This document shows, one piece after another, positions 34,898 to 48,100 of a stretch of 64,000 bases of DNA. The stretch's first letter is position 1. Each line of letters starts with the position of its first letter. This stretch comes from Scenedesmus sp. PABB004 (lineage: Eukaryota): NCBI GenBank assembly GCA_014905635.1, contig JABVCE010000008.1:1178001-1242000 (forward strand), written 5' to 3'. A program made the position numbers and the translations under genes. The notes under the pieces were generated by a model. It did not search any database. It saw only the letters and a program-made list of their open reading frames with translations, and was not told the origin of the DNA.

Positions 34898-35764
34898 CCT
34901 GGCGCCGTGCGGCGCCGGCCGCAGGCGAGGGCGGTCTGAACCGTCCGCGGCGACAGACTGCGGGGAGCTGGCGATCGTGGGCGCCGCGGCCGGCCGGCGG
35001 CGGTGGCGAGCAGGCGTTGCCGTCGACGGTTGGAGTGGCGCCGCGCGGCGCGCGCACACACACACGCAGCTGGTGATTAGCTACTCTGTTGCGGCGGGGG
35101 CAGGGGCGCACGCGCGAGCAACGGGGGCGGTTTAGCGACCGTCAACGCGGCGTGCGGCGCTGCGACGACCGACGGCCGGCAGTTGCACGTCCGTGTTTGC
35201 GCCGTCGGCGCTTGGTCACCCCGGGGTACCATCCCAGAGCGCTGCGGCGGCGCAGGCTGGGCAGGGCGGCACCCACGGCGCCTGCTCCCGGGAGAGCAGC
35301 ACGCCGCGCGCAGCGGCGGGTGACGTCGCGCCCGAGGCTCGACCAGCGTTCCCCACGAGCTCGGCCCCGTGTCAGCGTTCGCCGCGACCAGGCGCTCGCG
35401 GCAGACTGGTCTCGCCTGCGCAGCGTCAAGAGCGTCGCGCGGCGCCGCCCACTGGCCGGCGATGGCAACGCCGCAGCGCAGCGTGGGCGCGCTCGTGCCG
35501 GTACCGTTGAGCAACCGGGCCCCCGGCAGCGTCCAGAGTCTGGACAGTCGGGAAGCGGCGAGCGCGGGGTCGGGAAGTCGGGGGAACAAGCGTCGGCCAG
35601 CAAGCCGCTGCAGCCCGGTCGCCCACGCTCCCTGCGCCGGCGGTCAGAGCTCAGTTCCGCCCGACGCCCGCTCGCTCGCAAAGGCGCGCCGCAGAGGCAG
35701 CGCCGGCTGAGACGCGGGCGAGCGGCGAGTGCGAGGGCAGCAGGGGCATGCCAGGGGCTGCGGC

Positions 35765-38700
35765 ATGAGACGGAGACACCTGCCCGCCGCCGGCGCGGCC
35801 GCGGCGTGCCTGCTGCTGGTCGCCGCGTGCGTGCAGGGCGATGCCGGCGCCGGCGCCGGCCCGGCCGCTGAGGCCGCTGCCGCGGCCTGCCGGACTGGCT
35901 ACGTCGCTTCAGGCACAAGCTGCGGTGAGGGGCCCGCGTCAGCAGCGGCGCGCAGGCCTCCTGGGGGCGGCGGCGGCAGCGCAGCCTGGCGGCAGCGGGG
36001 CGCGCTGCTAGCTCGGCCGTGCAGCCGCAGCCACAGCGCCGCTCGTGGGCCTGCGCGGCTGCACCGCCGCGGCCAGCAGCATGGGCGAGCAGCCGGCGCA
36101 GCGGCGGCGGCGCGGGCAGCGGCAGCGCTGCTGCTCCCGTGGTGACGCCGCGGGCGGCGCAGCAGAGCGGCGTGCCCGCGGGCCGGCCCCGGTGGAGCTT
36201 CGAGGGGGAAGGCTCGGGGCCGCGCGGCCGCGGCGTTGGGGTCCTCACGACAACCGCCGGCGCTGCGCCCCCGCAGCGTGCGCGCCGGGCTGGGGCTCGC
36301 ACGTGCCCGGCTGGCCCAACGCGACCTACCCGACGCTCCCGCCGACCTGCGCGCTGTTCCGGCCGGGCAAGGACAAGCTGTACAAGGAGGGCACGGTCTT
36401 CCCGCCCGCCGGCGCGGGCAAGGGCAAGTGCTTCTGCTTCGCCTGCCCGCCCGGCTACACCTCGGCCGGCGGCCGCCTGAGCCAGGCGGACGCGGCGTGC
36501 AGGGCGGCGCCGACGCTGAGCCTGGTGGCAACGTACACGATCGACACGAGCGGCGTGCTGTGCGACGCCAAGGTCAACGCGGCGGTGGGCGCCAAGCTGC
36601 GCGTGGCGCTCAAGCGCGCGGCCAAGGTCGACGCGCAGCTCGTGGCCGCGGACTGCCCCGACCCGCCGGTGCGTCCCACGGGGCTTGCGCGGCAGATCTG
36701 CGTGCGCGGCCCCCACGGCAACGCCGCTGCCGACGCCGCTGCCGACGCCCGCGCCGCAGGCGGGCGTGTCTGGTGGCGCCGGGCCGGCCAGCCACAAGCT
36801 GGTGCTGCGGCTGTCCTACACGGGCACGGACGCGCAGAAGCGGCTCAAGCAGTTTGGCGGCGTGGCGCGGAAGATCAACGCGCCGTCCAGCCAGACGGCC
36901 GGCAAGTGCGCGTTTGGCGTGTGCAACGCTGTGAAGCAGGCCTCACGCGGCGCAGCGAGCGTGGCCGTCGCGAGCGCAGAGGTGGCGTCGACGCTGTCCG
37001 GGCCCTCGCCGTCGCCCGCGCCGCAGCAGGGTGCGCCGCGCGGCGCGCAGCAGGCGCGGCCGCCGCGCCTGGGCGTGTGCTCGCACTGTGCCCACGTGCC
37101 ACCGCCCGCTGCCGCGCCTCGCGCCGCAGGCTGCCGGGACACCGGCTGCGAGTCCCGGGCCTGCCAGACCAGCAAGTGCGACGCGGCGAGCGGCAAGTGC
37201 AGCTATTCCAACCTGGCCAACGGCACCGCCTGCGACGACGGCGCCGTGAGCGGGCAGTGCGCGTCGGGCACGTGCGTGGGGCTCAATGCCAACATCGAGG
37301 CCGCCGCACAGGGCGTGACGGAGCCCGTGATCTTCAAGGCGCGCTTTGCCGGCGGCGGCGCGGGCGTTGGCACGGCGGTGACGCTGAACGGCGTGCGCAA
37401 CGGCAGCGACGCCGGCGAGGTGCTCGGCACGCTCTACGACGACGGCAGCCGCTTGCACGAGGACCGCTTTGCCGGCGACGGCGTGTTCTCCAACATCATC
37501 CTTCTCACCTTTGCCGAGAGCGACCAGCCCGTGTACAAGGCGTTCTACGTCTCCCTCCAGGGCGCCGCCGGCCGCAGCGCGCCCGTGGGCATCGCCGCCG
37601 TCACGACGCGCATCGACACGCTGCTGGAGCTGTTCCCCACCGAGCAGCTCGTCACGACGGCGCAGGCGCGCGTGGCGGAGCTCGTCGACGCGGGCGCCAG
37701 CCCCGAGGCGGCCATCGCGGCGATCTATGACCTCCTCATCGAGTACAGCGTGGTCGGCGGCGGCGGGCGGCGCCGCGCGGCGGCGGCCGCGGCGCCGCAG
37801 GAGGCGGCGGCCAGCGTCAACCTGACCTCCATTCTGTCGCGCGTGGACGCGTCGACGGTCACGCGCGTGAGCGAGCGGCGCGTGGAGTTCAAGACGCTCG
37901 AGGGCTTCCCCTGCATGGTGCTGGCGCTGCCAGAGTACGGCGACCGCCTGAGCGGCGGCAAGTGCGGCGACGGGGGCGGCGCACGGCGCCGGCTGCTGCA
38001 GCTCGGTCCTCAGCCGCGCGCGCGGGCCGCGGGGACGAGCGCGCGCGCTGTCGGCGGCCTGGCGGCCACCATCGCGCTCCAGCTGCAGCGCGACGCTGAT
38101 GCTGGCGCCCCGCCGGCGGCCGCGGCGACCCCCGAGGCGCCCAGCTTTGCCAGCCTTGCGCACGGCGCCGCGAGCCGGCGGCGGCTGCAGCAGGCGCAGC
38201 AGTGCCCCACGTCCAAGGGCGCGGTGCTGGTGCTGGCGCCGTTCCTTGTCGAGAACGAGTGCACCACCTTTGGCGACGAGGCGGACGCGGTGGCCGCGCT
38301 CTACCGGGCGGCCGGGTACGACGTGACGTTCAAGTGCAACGACGCCGCGCTGTGCCCGGCCGGCCCGCCGGCGCTGGAGGACTTCACGGGCTGGTCCAAG
38401 TACGCGGCGGTCGTGGTGTCGAGCCGCGGCGACGACGACGCCGGCGGCAATAGCCCCGTGCTGCTCACGCGCGCGCCGATCGACCTGGATCGCTATCAGC
38501 TGGACTGGCAGGCGGGGCGCGTCGTGCTGACCTCGGACGGCCTCGCCGCGCTGCGGCCGAGCTGGTTTGCCAAGTACCGCGACGCGGCCGGTGCCGAGCC
38601 GGCGCGCACCGTCGTCTACTTTTCGTCCGACTTCTCCGCGGTCTCGCCGCCCGCGTCGGCGCAGGACGGCGTGGAGGAGAAGGGCTTTGCCGCCGCGTTC

Positions 38701-41700
38701 TGGTCCATGGACGGCGCCACCAGCTACGCCGGCTTTACCGGCGCGCTGTCGCGCAGCTTTGACGCGCCCTCGCCCGGCGTCGCGATGGCGCGGCACCTGC
38801 TTGCCGGCGGCACCGTGGAGAGCTACGCCGGCACGGGCGGCCGCGACAAGCTGACGGGCGCGGCGTTCCGCTCGTACGCGTATCGCCGCACGTCGACGCT
38901 GCTCGACCGCTGCGCGTTCAAGTGCGAGCGTGTGACGTGCAGCCCGCCCCAGTGCGCGCTGAGCGAGGTCGTCTGCAACACCCTGACCGGCACGTGCGAC
39001 GTGAGCTGCTGCGACAAGAAGGACGGCGACGCCTGCCGCCTGCGCGGCCGCGGCAGCACGTGCCGCGCCGGCAAGTGCATCGGTGAGCGGCGCGGCGGCG
39101 AGCGCTCAAGCGGCACGGCGCTGCGCAGCGGCCGGGCTCGAGTGCCCCGCGGCGTTGGCTGACATTGCCGCCGACCGCCTCTGCTGCCGCGCCGCAGACA
39201 AGTGCGCCAGCGCGCTGTGCTCCGCGCCGCCGTGCCAGGAGCTTGTGGGGCAGGACGGCGCCATCTGCAACCCCGCGACTGGCGCCTGCCGCACCAACAA
39301 CCTGCCGGACGGCACCAGCTGCAGTTTCCAGGGTGGCGGCGGCCGCTGCGTCGCTGGCGCGTGCAAGGGTGCGGCGCCGCCGGCGCCGCTGCGCGTGCGG
39401 CCGCCGCCAGCTTGTCTCACGCCCGTCCGTGCCCACCCTGCCCCCGCGCCCTGCCGCCAGGCCTGGTCTCGCTGTTCTATCGGCTGCGCGGCCCCGCCAG
39501 CAGCTTCCCCGCGACGTTCGACGCCGCCGCGCTGACCGCGTTTGCTTCCGGCGTGGCCGGCTCACTGGACTTGCCATCCACTTACCCCACGTCGCGCATC
39601 AGCGTGTCGGTGCTGCAGCCGCCGCAGCGCGCAGCGCGCGCCGCGCCCGCAGAGGAGGGCGCCACCGCGCGGCTGACTGCGGAGCTGCTGGACGACCCGC
39701 CGCTGCCTCTCAACATGAACTTCCGCGTGCTGGGCACGGCGGCAAAGCTGCAGCTCGGGGAGCCGTTTGGCCCCGGGCTGACCGTCGAGCGCACGGACGC
39801 GGGTGGCAACGTGCTGGACTCGACGACGAGCAACAGCGCAGGTGGGGCGGCAGACTGCCCGCGGCTGCCTGCGAGCGCTACCTGTGCGCCGGTGGCGCGC
39901 CATTGACACGCTCGCGGTCACCCCCTCACCGCCGCCCGCTGCCCCCAGACCTGTGCAAGTACAAGGTCTGCACGCCGGCGGACGAGTGCAGCACGGCGAG
40001 CTGCGTGCCCGCCACGGGCAGCTGCGCCAGCACGCCCGTCAACGAGGGCGGCGCCTGCGGCACCAACGGCACCTGCACCGCCGGCAAGTGTGTCGTGGCG
40101 TCAGTCGAGCCCAAGGAAGAAGACCCGTGTGCCGCCAACCCCTGCTCCAGCGTGGCCAACGCTGTGCCGAGCTCGTGCGTCCGCACCGATGCCAACGCCT
40201 CGCTCGCCGCCTCTTTCCGCTGCAGCTGCGAGACCGGCTACAGCTGGGCAGGTGGCAAGTGTGGCGGTGAGGCGGCGCAGTCAGCGAGGGGACTGGCGCC
40301 AGCAGCAGCCAGAGGCGTCGCGTGCCGCACGCGCCCAGGCATGATCGGGCTGGCTTTGACTGCGCCGCCGCTGCCGGCCGGCCGGCCCGCAGACACGAAC
40401 GGCTGCCTCGGCAGCCCCTGCGCGAGCATTGCTGGCGCGCTGGCGGACGGCTGCCAGGACGTGCCGGCCCCGCAAACTGGCTTCACGTGCCGCTGCGAGG
40501 CCTCCTCTGTGTGGCGGGCCGCCACCTCCTCCTGCGTTGGTGCGGCGGCAGGCGCCCGCACCCACGGCGCCGCCCGCCGGCCCCTGGGCGCTCGCAGCAC
40601 GCTGCCAGCCGCTGCAGCTGACGTGCGCCGGCTGCCCTGCCTTCTGCTCCGCCGCAGCGCGCTGCGCCAACGTCACGTGCGTGAGCACCGAGTGCAGGGC
40701 GGGCAGCTGCAACGCCACTGCGGGCGCATGCGTCTTCACCAACGCTGCCGACGGCATCGCGTGCACACCTCAGCCCAGCGCGCGCCGGCGGCGGCCGGCT
40801 GCGGGCGGCTCGGGCGTGTGCCAAGCGGGCGTGTGCAAGGGTGAGCAGGGGGTGCGCTCGGCGCGCGTTGGTTGCCGAGGGGCTGCTCCCGTTGCTCACG
40901 CCGCCGCTCACGCCGCCGCCCGCGCCGCGGCACTAGACCTCTGTGCCAACGTCACCTGCGCGCCTGAGCTCTGCCGCGTGGCGACGTGCAACGCGGCCAA
41001 CGGTGCCTGCACCTACGCCGACGTGGCGTATGGGACGCCCTGCACGCTTGGTGGCGCTGGCGGCTTCTGCTCGTTTGGCAGCTGCACGCTGCCAAGTGCG
41101 CGGCGGCGCGCTGCCGGCGCGGTGCAGCGCATGCCGCCCGCGCACGGCAGCCAGGCGTGTGCGTCCTGCCCTCACTCGCTGCCGCGCGCCGCCGCAGACC
41201 CGTGCGCCGGCGTGACGTGCACGCCGGGCGCCTGCCAGACGGGAGGCTCCTGCAGCAACGGCGTTTGCAGCTTTGGCGCGGCGCCCAACGGCGCCGCGTG
41301 CACCCTGGGCGGCGGCGGCGCCGGCGTCTGCGTGCTCAGCGGCGCCAGCAGCGTGTGCACAGGTGCGGGGAGCCGCCTGGTGCAGCAGCAGGCCCCGCTG
41401 GCAGCTGCCGGCGCCACCACGACACCTCACCGTGCCCCGCTCCGCCCTGCGGCTGCGCCGCGCCAGACCCGTGCGCCGGCGTGAATTGCACCTCCACCCC
41501 CAGCAGCACCTGCCAGATTCCTGGCTCGGCCACATGCAGCGCCGGCGCGTGCTCTTTCACCAACAGGCCGGCCGGCACGGGCTGCGCGCTCGCGGACGGC
41601 CGCTACGGCACCTGCACAGCCGGCGGCACCTGCGCGGGTGCGCTGCGCCCTCGCGCTGAACCACCAGCGCCACCGGCCGGCGGCGCCCGCACGGCGCGTG

Positions 41701-44278
41701 TTGTAGTCGCCGCCGACGACACCGCTGCCGCCGTCCTGCGCGCAGAGGTGGTTGTCCAGCGCGTGCGCATCACGTCCCCCGCCAACTACACGCCGGTCGC
41801 GGTGGCCGCGGGCGCGAGCGGCACCGTGTACTTCACCACGCGCGACAACTGCGTGGGCAAGGTGCTGTCGACAGCGCTCAGCGGCACGGCGGGCGTGTCG
41901 CTTGCGACGGTGGACATCTTGGCAGACTTGCAGGGAGAGGCTGGCATCCAGGCCGACTCCCTGGCGGGGCTGGCCGTGGACGAGGCTGGCGGCTGGCTCT
42001 ACATCGCCGACAGAAGTGCGGCGCCGCGCAGCCGCGCTGCTGCGTCGGGCGCACCCGTATGCCGCGTGGGCGGCCGCGCACGCCGCCGCCCGTCCTGTCG
42101 CCCACGCCGCGCTGCGCACGCGCTGCCCGCAGGCCTGCACTGCGTGCGCAAGATGTCACTCACGTCGTCCACAGTGTCCACCGTCCTGGGGCAGTGCAGC
42201 GCCACCAACGCCTGCGCCTCATCCGTCTGCGGCGGCTCGTCATCTGCGCCGGGCGTGGCTGCGTCAGCAGTCTCGCTCTTTCGCCCTTCGTCGGTCGCGC
42301 TCGCCCCGGGGGGCGCCGGCAGCGTGCTGCTCGTCGCCGACGCGGGCAACAACTGCGTGCGCCAGCACAACCTCACATCAGATTTGGTGGTTGACGTGCT
42401 GGGCGTCTGCAACGGAACTTCGAGCGTTGTGACCTTCCCTAACCTCAGGCGCTACACCGTCGGCTCTGATCCGTCGCAGAACACCTGGTGGGCGGCGATC
42501 ACGAACGACGGAACCGGCATCAGCAACATTGACAACATCGGCGGCGGCGCGTACGAGCGCTACACTGGGGCGGGCACGAGCACCTCCTCCGGCAGCGGCG
42601 ACCTGCGCACCTGGGCCCGGACCGGCAAGCTCTCCATAAGCAACCCCGTCATCGAGGTCAACCTCATCGCCTCGGCAGCGCTGACTGGCGGCGGGCTGGC
42701 GTTTGGGTCCGACCGCGTCATCGCAAGCTCCTTCCCATCCCCCTACAGGGAAAACATGCGGTCGCACTCGCTGCTGGTCGTGCCCGACCCGGCTGGCGCG
42801 CCGACGGACGGGACCCTGCTCGTGCCCCTGGACGGCGGCGGGGGCGCGGGCGGGCCGCTGGACCCGCTGCTGACGCGCGTGGGCGGCCTGGCCGCGGTCA
42901 ACGGCACGCTGTGGGTCTCCGACGGCGCCAACGACAACCTCGTGCCGGGCCAGTTCACGCTGCTGCGCCCTGATGCGATGCCGGCGGTGCCAGCCTACTT
43001 CCGGGGCGGCGCGGTCTTTGCCGGAGCAAAGCACACCTGCGGCGTGCCGGCGCGCGGCGCGGCGGCCGGCAGCGCGCCCGTCTGCTGGGGCGACGGTGGC
43101 GCCGCGGTGCTCACGCCGCCCGCCATGCTCCTTCCGTCATCGTATGGGATCGTTGGCGCGGCCGGCGGGTCCCACACCTGCATCGCAGCGAAGATAGAGT
43201 CGGTGCGGGTCTGGGCGCGCGCAACCTTGGCAGGCCGGGCCCAGCGCATGCGCCTCTGGCTCACGCCTCCGCCTGCCCGCCCTGCCGTGCCCGCCCTGCC
43301 GTGCCCGCAGGTGGCACCAGGCCTGGCCTGCTGGGTGAGCTTGTCCAGTGGCAGCGCGCTGCGCTGCCTCCTGTTCCGCTGCCCTGCAGCCTCCCTCCGA
43401 CGCCCTCGCTGAGCGCTGACCGCGCGCGTGCGCACGCGCAGGGCGACAACTCCACCGGCCAGCTCGCGGTGCCAAGCGACGTGGCCAGCATAGCATACAA
43501 GTACGCGATGTGCGCGGGGACGTACCACACGTGTGCGCTGGTCATGGACAACAGCTACGCCATGCGCATCGCCTGCTGGGGCTGCGAGCCGGGCAACGCG
43601 CTGTGCGACTACGTGAACAATAACAGCACGGTCAACGTTGACCTCGCGGCCGCGGCAATCAACGAGCCCGGCGCCCTGTCGTGCGGGCCGCGCCACCTGT
43701 GCGTGATGTCGAGTACTGGCGGAGCCATCAACTCCGGCCACCCCTGGTACAACACCGTCGTCTGCTTTGACGGCTCAGGCTCAAGCTGTGGGCCGCAGTG
43801 CGACACGCCCCCCACCTTCACCTGGCCCTTCAGCGGCGCGCGGGTCATGGCCACCAGTGCACGGCACACGTGCGCTGCAAGTGGGCAGCAGATTTTCGAG
43901 TGCTGGCCGGCCAGTGAGCCCGCCGCGAACACGACGGACATCGCCGAGCAGGCATGGTATCCCGACCAGATTTGCGTGGGCGACGACTTTACGTGCGGGC
44001 TGTTCCGGTCCACCTCCAGCATGAGCAACCCCACGAGAACGTATGCGCTGCGCTGCTGGCCGGACAGCGTGCTGGCCCTGCCGCCGGGCCTGAGCGGGAT
44101 GGCGGCGACGGCGGCCAACGTCACCTCCATCACCTGCGGGCGGCAGCACATGTGCGCCACCAAGGGCGGCGGCGCGACGGTGTGCATCGGCGCCAACGCC
44201 GGCGCTGGCTGCCTTGATGGCCGCTGCAACGTGCCCGTCGCGGACCGCACAAAGTGGCCCTTCCGGCCCGACCCGTGA
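35765..44278 (+). CDS. Large secreted multidomain protein: choice-of-anchor-X-like Ig, clan-CD peptidase-like domain, Cys-rich and EGF-like repeats, NHL-like and RCC1/BLIP-II-like repeats (16 exons)
   Basis: Signal peptide MRRRHLPAAGAAAACLLLVAACVQG. Fifteen GT-AG introns trace in frame to the TGA at 44276-44278. Motifs: LYDDG..DRFAGDGVFS; CxxVTC..C..G.C repeats; GLAVD..LYIAD and LLVADAGNNCVR; AG..HTC..CWG repeats. Confidence 0.8.
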
Positions 44279-44933
44279 GCTGCTGCTGCTGCTGCGGCCG
44301 GCACCCAACGTTCTTTTGCACGGAGCACTGGGGCGTGCGGAGCTGATCGGTGGCATTGCGGCCGAGAGGGGGCCCTGCTTCGGGTGTTTGCTTGCTGCCA
44401 GTGCAGCACGCGCCACACACCCCATGACGGCCGGCACGCCGGCGCTCAGGGGCGGGAGTCGGGCGCGGAGCTGTTGTGCGTCCAACGTTGCATGCGCGGG
44501 CGCGGCGCCGCATGCCAGGCTCTGCGTTTCCAGGCGGGGTGGGGCGCGGGCTGGCGCGCGGCACAGCTTGGGACGGGCGGGTTGCATGCATCACTTTTGC
44601 GCGCGCGCCACGGGGCACGGATCTCCGTGCCCACCAGCACCACTCTTCACGAGCCCAAACCGGGCAGGGCTCGATATAGGCCGGCGACGGGCTGCACCAC
44701 CTGTCAGGGGCTTTCCGGCAGGGAACGGCCCCCGCCACTGCGGGCGCGCTGCCTTCCATCGCAGCACACATTACGTGACGCGCCCGAGTCACGGGGCGGG
44801 AGGGGAGGGGGGGAGGGCACAGCACGTGTGGCGCCACCAGCACGCGCTTTACGGCAACCTCTGTGCGGCGGCGTGGCGCCACCAGCATGCGCTCTGAGGT
44901 GCGGAGCGGGCACTAGGCGCTGGCAGGCTCTGC

Positions 44934-44938
44934 TTACA
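44934..44938 (-). other. Putative TGTAA polyadenylation signal of the LRR gene
   Basis: TGTAA on the minus strand about 240 nt after the stop at 45174; canonical chlorophyte signal. Confidence 0.5.
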
Positions 44939-45173
44939 AGACCCTAATTGCCACGCAGGCGGCCGCCTGCCTGCACCCAGCACTCCACCCCTGTTGGCCC
45001 GCCAGCATGCATCCCACCCCCCTCCCACATCACTGGCGAGCGGTTCAGGGCATAAACAGGCGCAGACCGAACCTGCGCGCAGTAACCAATCCTACACCGC
45101 CGCCAGGCGCACCAGTTTCACGCCTCCTCCTCCTCGCTGCGGGGAAGGTGTGTGTGGGGGGAGGGGACGTGCG

Positions 45174-48100
45174 TCAGTGGGGGCGCGCCGCCGCCAGACG
45201 CATGGCCCACCACCGCTGCACCCACCTGTCAGGGATGACCAGGTCCAGTGCCGGCTGCCAGGGCTGTGTCGCCACCGTCGTCAGCACCGGCTCGCCTGCT
45301 GTTGGAGACGCCGCGACCGCGTCCTGCAGCAGCACCCCACCCTGGTCCAGCGCCACCGCCACTGGCTGCGTCAGCAGCAGCTCCTCCTCCTCCTCCCCCT
45401 CTGCCTCCAGCGGCTGTCCCGCCCCGGCGGCCACAGCTGCGGCCTTGCCACCTGCGCCTGCCGCCGGCTCCTGCGCCGCACCGGCCGCAGCCCAGGCCGC
45501 GGATGCCTCGGCGGCCAGCGCGGGGCTGGCTGCCCGTGGCGCCACCGGGTCGGCCTGCGACGGCTGCAACGGCTGCGACGGCTGCGACGACCGCTCGCCA
45601 GCCGCGGCTGGCTCAGGTGCCGTCGCTGGCGCGGCTGCGGCTGCGGGCGCTGCCACTGCCGCTGTCCCTGGTGCTGCAGCCGGCCCCGCAGCAGCAACAC
45701 CCGGTGCCGCAGGGACCTCCGCGGCGCCCGCTGGCCCAGCAAGCACCCCCGTGCCGCTGGCACTGCATGGCTCTGCAGGCGTGCTGCTGGGCGCCGCGGG
45801 CAGCGCTGCTGCGCGGGCGCACGGCGCAGGGGCTGGCGGGGCGGGTGCGGCGCTGGGCGCGCCCCCGCCCGGAGCGCCGCAGCCGGCAGCTGCTGGGCTG
45901 CGCAGCAGGCGCGCGGCCAGGGGCGCGTCGTCGTCGTCGTCGTCGTCGCTGTCTGCCGCGCTGCTGCCGCCGCCGCCGCCGCCGCCGCCAGCGCCCTGCA
46001 GCCAGTGGCGCGCCGCCGGCCCGGCGGCGCCGGCCGCGGCGGGCAGGCCGCTGCGCGGCCGCGGGGTGTCGTGCGCCGCCGCCGCACGGCGCCGCGCGGC
46101 CTCCTGCGCCGCCGCCTGCAGCAGGCGCTGCTGCTCGTCGAGCTTGCCGGGCGAGAGCCGCTCCGGCGCGCGCGTCTGGCGCTTGCCCGCACGCGGCATG
46201 TATCTCTGCAGCGTGCCGTGCTCGGTGCCCCTGGCGCGCGCTCGAACAGCGCGAGCGGGCGGGCGGGTGAGCGTGCAGCGGCCTGCGCAGCGTGCGGCCG
46301 GACAGCCCCGGCGGCGCCCCGCCGCGCTGCGCCGGCGCGCGCGCACCCGCGGGCCTCGTCCCAGGCGAACGGCAGCGCGCCCCTGAACACGCCGACCATG
46401 CGCGACGCCCTCCGGCGCTCCGCGACGGCGATCTTGACCGCCGCGCGCAGCTGCGCGGCCTCCGCGCCGCCCGCGGCCTCGGCCGCCGCCAGCTGCTGCT
46501 GCAGCTCGGCCTCGCCGCGCTTGAGCTCGGCCTCGCGCGCGCACCACTCCCTGTACTCCTTGTACTGCGGACAGCGCAGCACAGCGCAGCGGCACAGCGC
46601 GGCGGGTCAGCCGCACAGCGCGGCGGGTCGGCGCGGCGAATGTCAGGCTGCGTGTCGCGCCGTCCCCGCCGGCGCGCCCGTCCCCCCTACGCCTGGCGGG
46701 CGCCCCCGCACCCACCATGTCGAAGCCTCGCTTCTTGCGCTCGAGCGCCGCCGCGTCCTCGGCCGCGCCCTCCTCGCCCTCGGCTGCGCAGCCGTTGAAC
46801 GCCGCCCGCGCCGCGTCGCGCGCCGCCCGCGCCGCCGCCAGCGCGGCGGGGTCGGGCGGCGGCGCCGCGTCGCCGCGCGGCGCGCCCTGCTCGCGCTGCC
46901 GCGCCTCCCGCCGCCGCTGCTTGCGCCGCCGCCGCCGCTCGCGCTCGGCGGCGGCCGCCGCGGCGGCGCCGGCCTCGACCGCGCCGGGCGCGGCGCCGTC
47001 GCCACCGAGCGCCGCCGCCTCCTCTTGAGGCTCAGAGTCGAGCAGGACGGCCCGGCGCAGGGCTCGCCCGTGCGCCGCCCACGCGCTGACTGGGTCGTCG
47101 TCCTCGTCCGCCTGCCCCCCGAGCGAGCCGCCGCTGTCGGTGCTCTGCAGCGAACACCCATCGTCGCTGCCGCTGAGCTGGCCGCCGCTGTCGCTGCTGA
47201 TGCTGAGCTGCGGCGGCAGCAGCTCGCCGGCGGCGCCGCCCTCGCCCTCGCCCTCGCCCGCCGGGCTGGCGCGTCGCGGCCCGCCCTCGCCGTCGCTGGC
47301 CAGACAGGGCGGCGTGGCGCTGCGCGAGGGCTGCGGCTCCGCGCCCGCGCCCGCCGCGGCGGCCTTCCTGGCCACCAGCTTCCGCACGGGGTGCGCCCGC
47401 CCGGCCGCCGCGGGGCCGCCGCCGGGCGGCGCCGGGGCCCGCTGCGGCGGCGGCGTCGCCGCCCGCCCCGGGGCGCCGCCGTGGCGCTCGCGCTGCGCGC
47501 GCGCTTGCAGGAAGCGCGCCAGCGCCGGCTTGTCCTGCTTCTTGCTCCGCCGCCGCGCCGCCTTGTCCAGCGTGGGGTCGACCGAAAACAGGACCAGCCC
47601 CTTGGCGCCCAGCGGGTTGCCGTCGTAATCCCTGCGGCGCACGCCGCGCGGCGCGGCCGTGTCGCGCGCCGCGCGAGCCTCGGTCGGCGAGGCGGCGGCG
47701 ACGGCCGCGGCGGCGCCGCGCGCAGGCGCGCGTGCGGGGCGCGGCGCCGCACTCGTCCCAGTCCTCAAAGCTGCGCAGCTCCTCCGGCACGAGCGCCGCC
47801 GCGGCGCGGCGCGGCGCCGGTGCCTGCGCGGCGCGCCCGCCGCGCGCCGCGCTGCCCGGGAGCTGCATGCCCTTGCGCAGGTCGGCGCCGTCGTCCGCCA
47901 CAAACGCGCGGTCCAGCTCCTCCAGCTCGGCCTCGGCCCCAGCGTCGAGCGCCGCCGGCCACTCGGCGCCGCGCGGGCTGCCCTCGCTGCCGCTGGCGCT
48001 GCCGCCGTCGCGCGCGCCTCCGGGCGCGTCCTGCAGGGGCGGCAGCCGCCCGCCGCCGGCGCCGCCGCCATCGCCGCCGCCATCGGGGAACAGCATCGCG

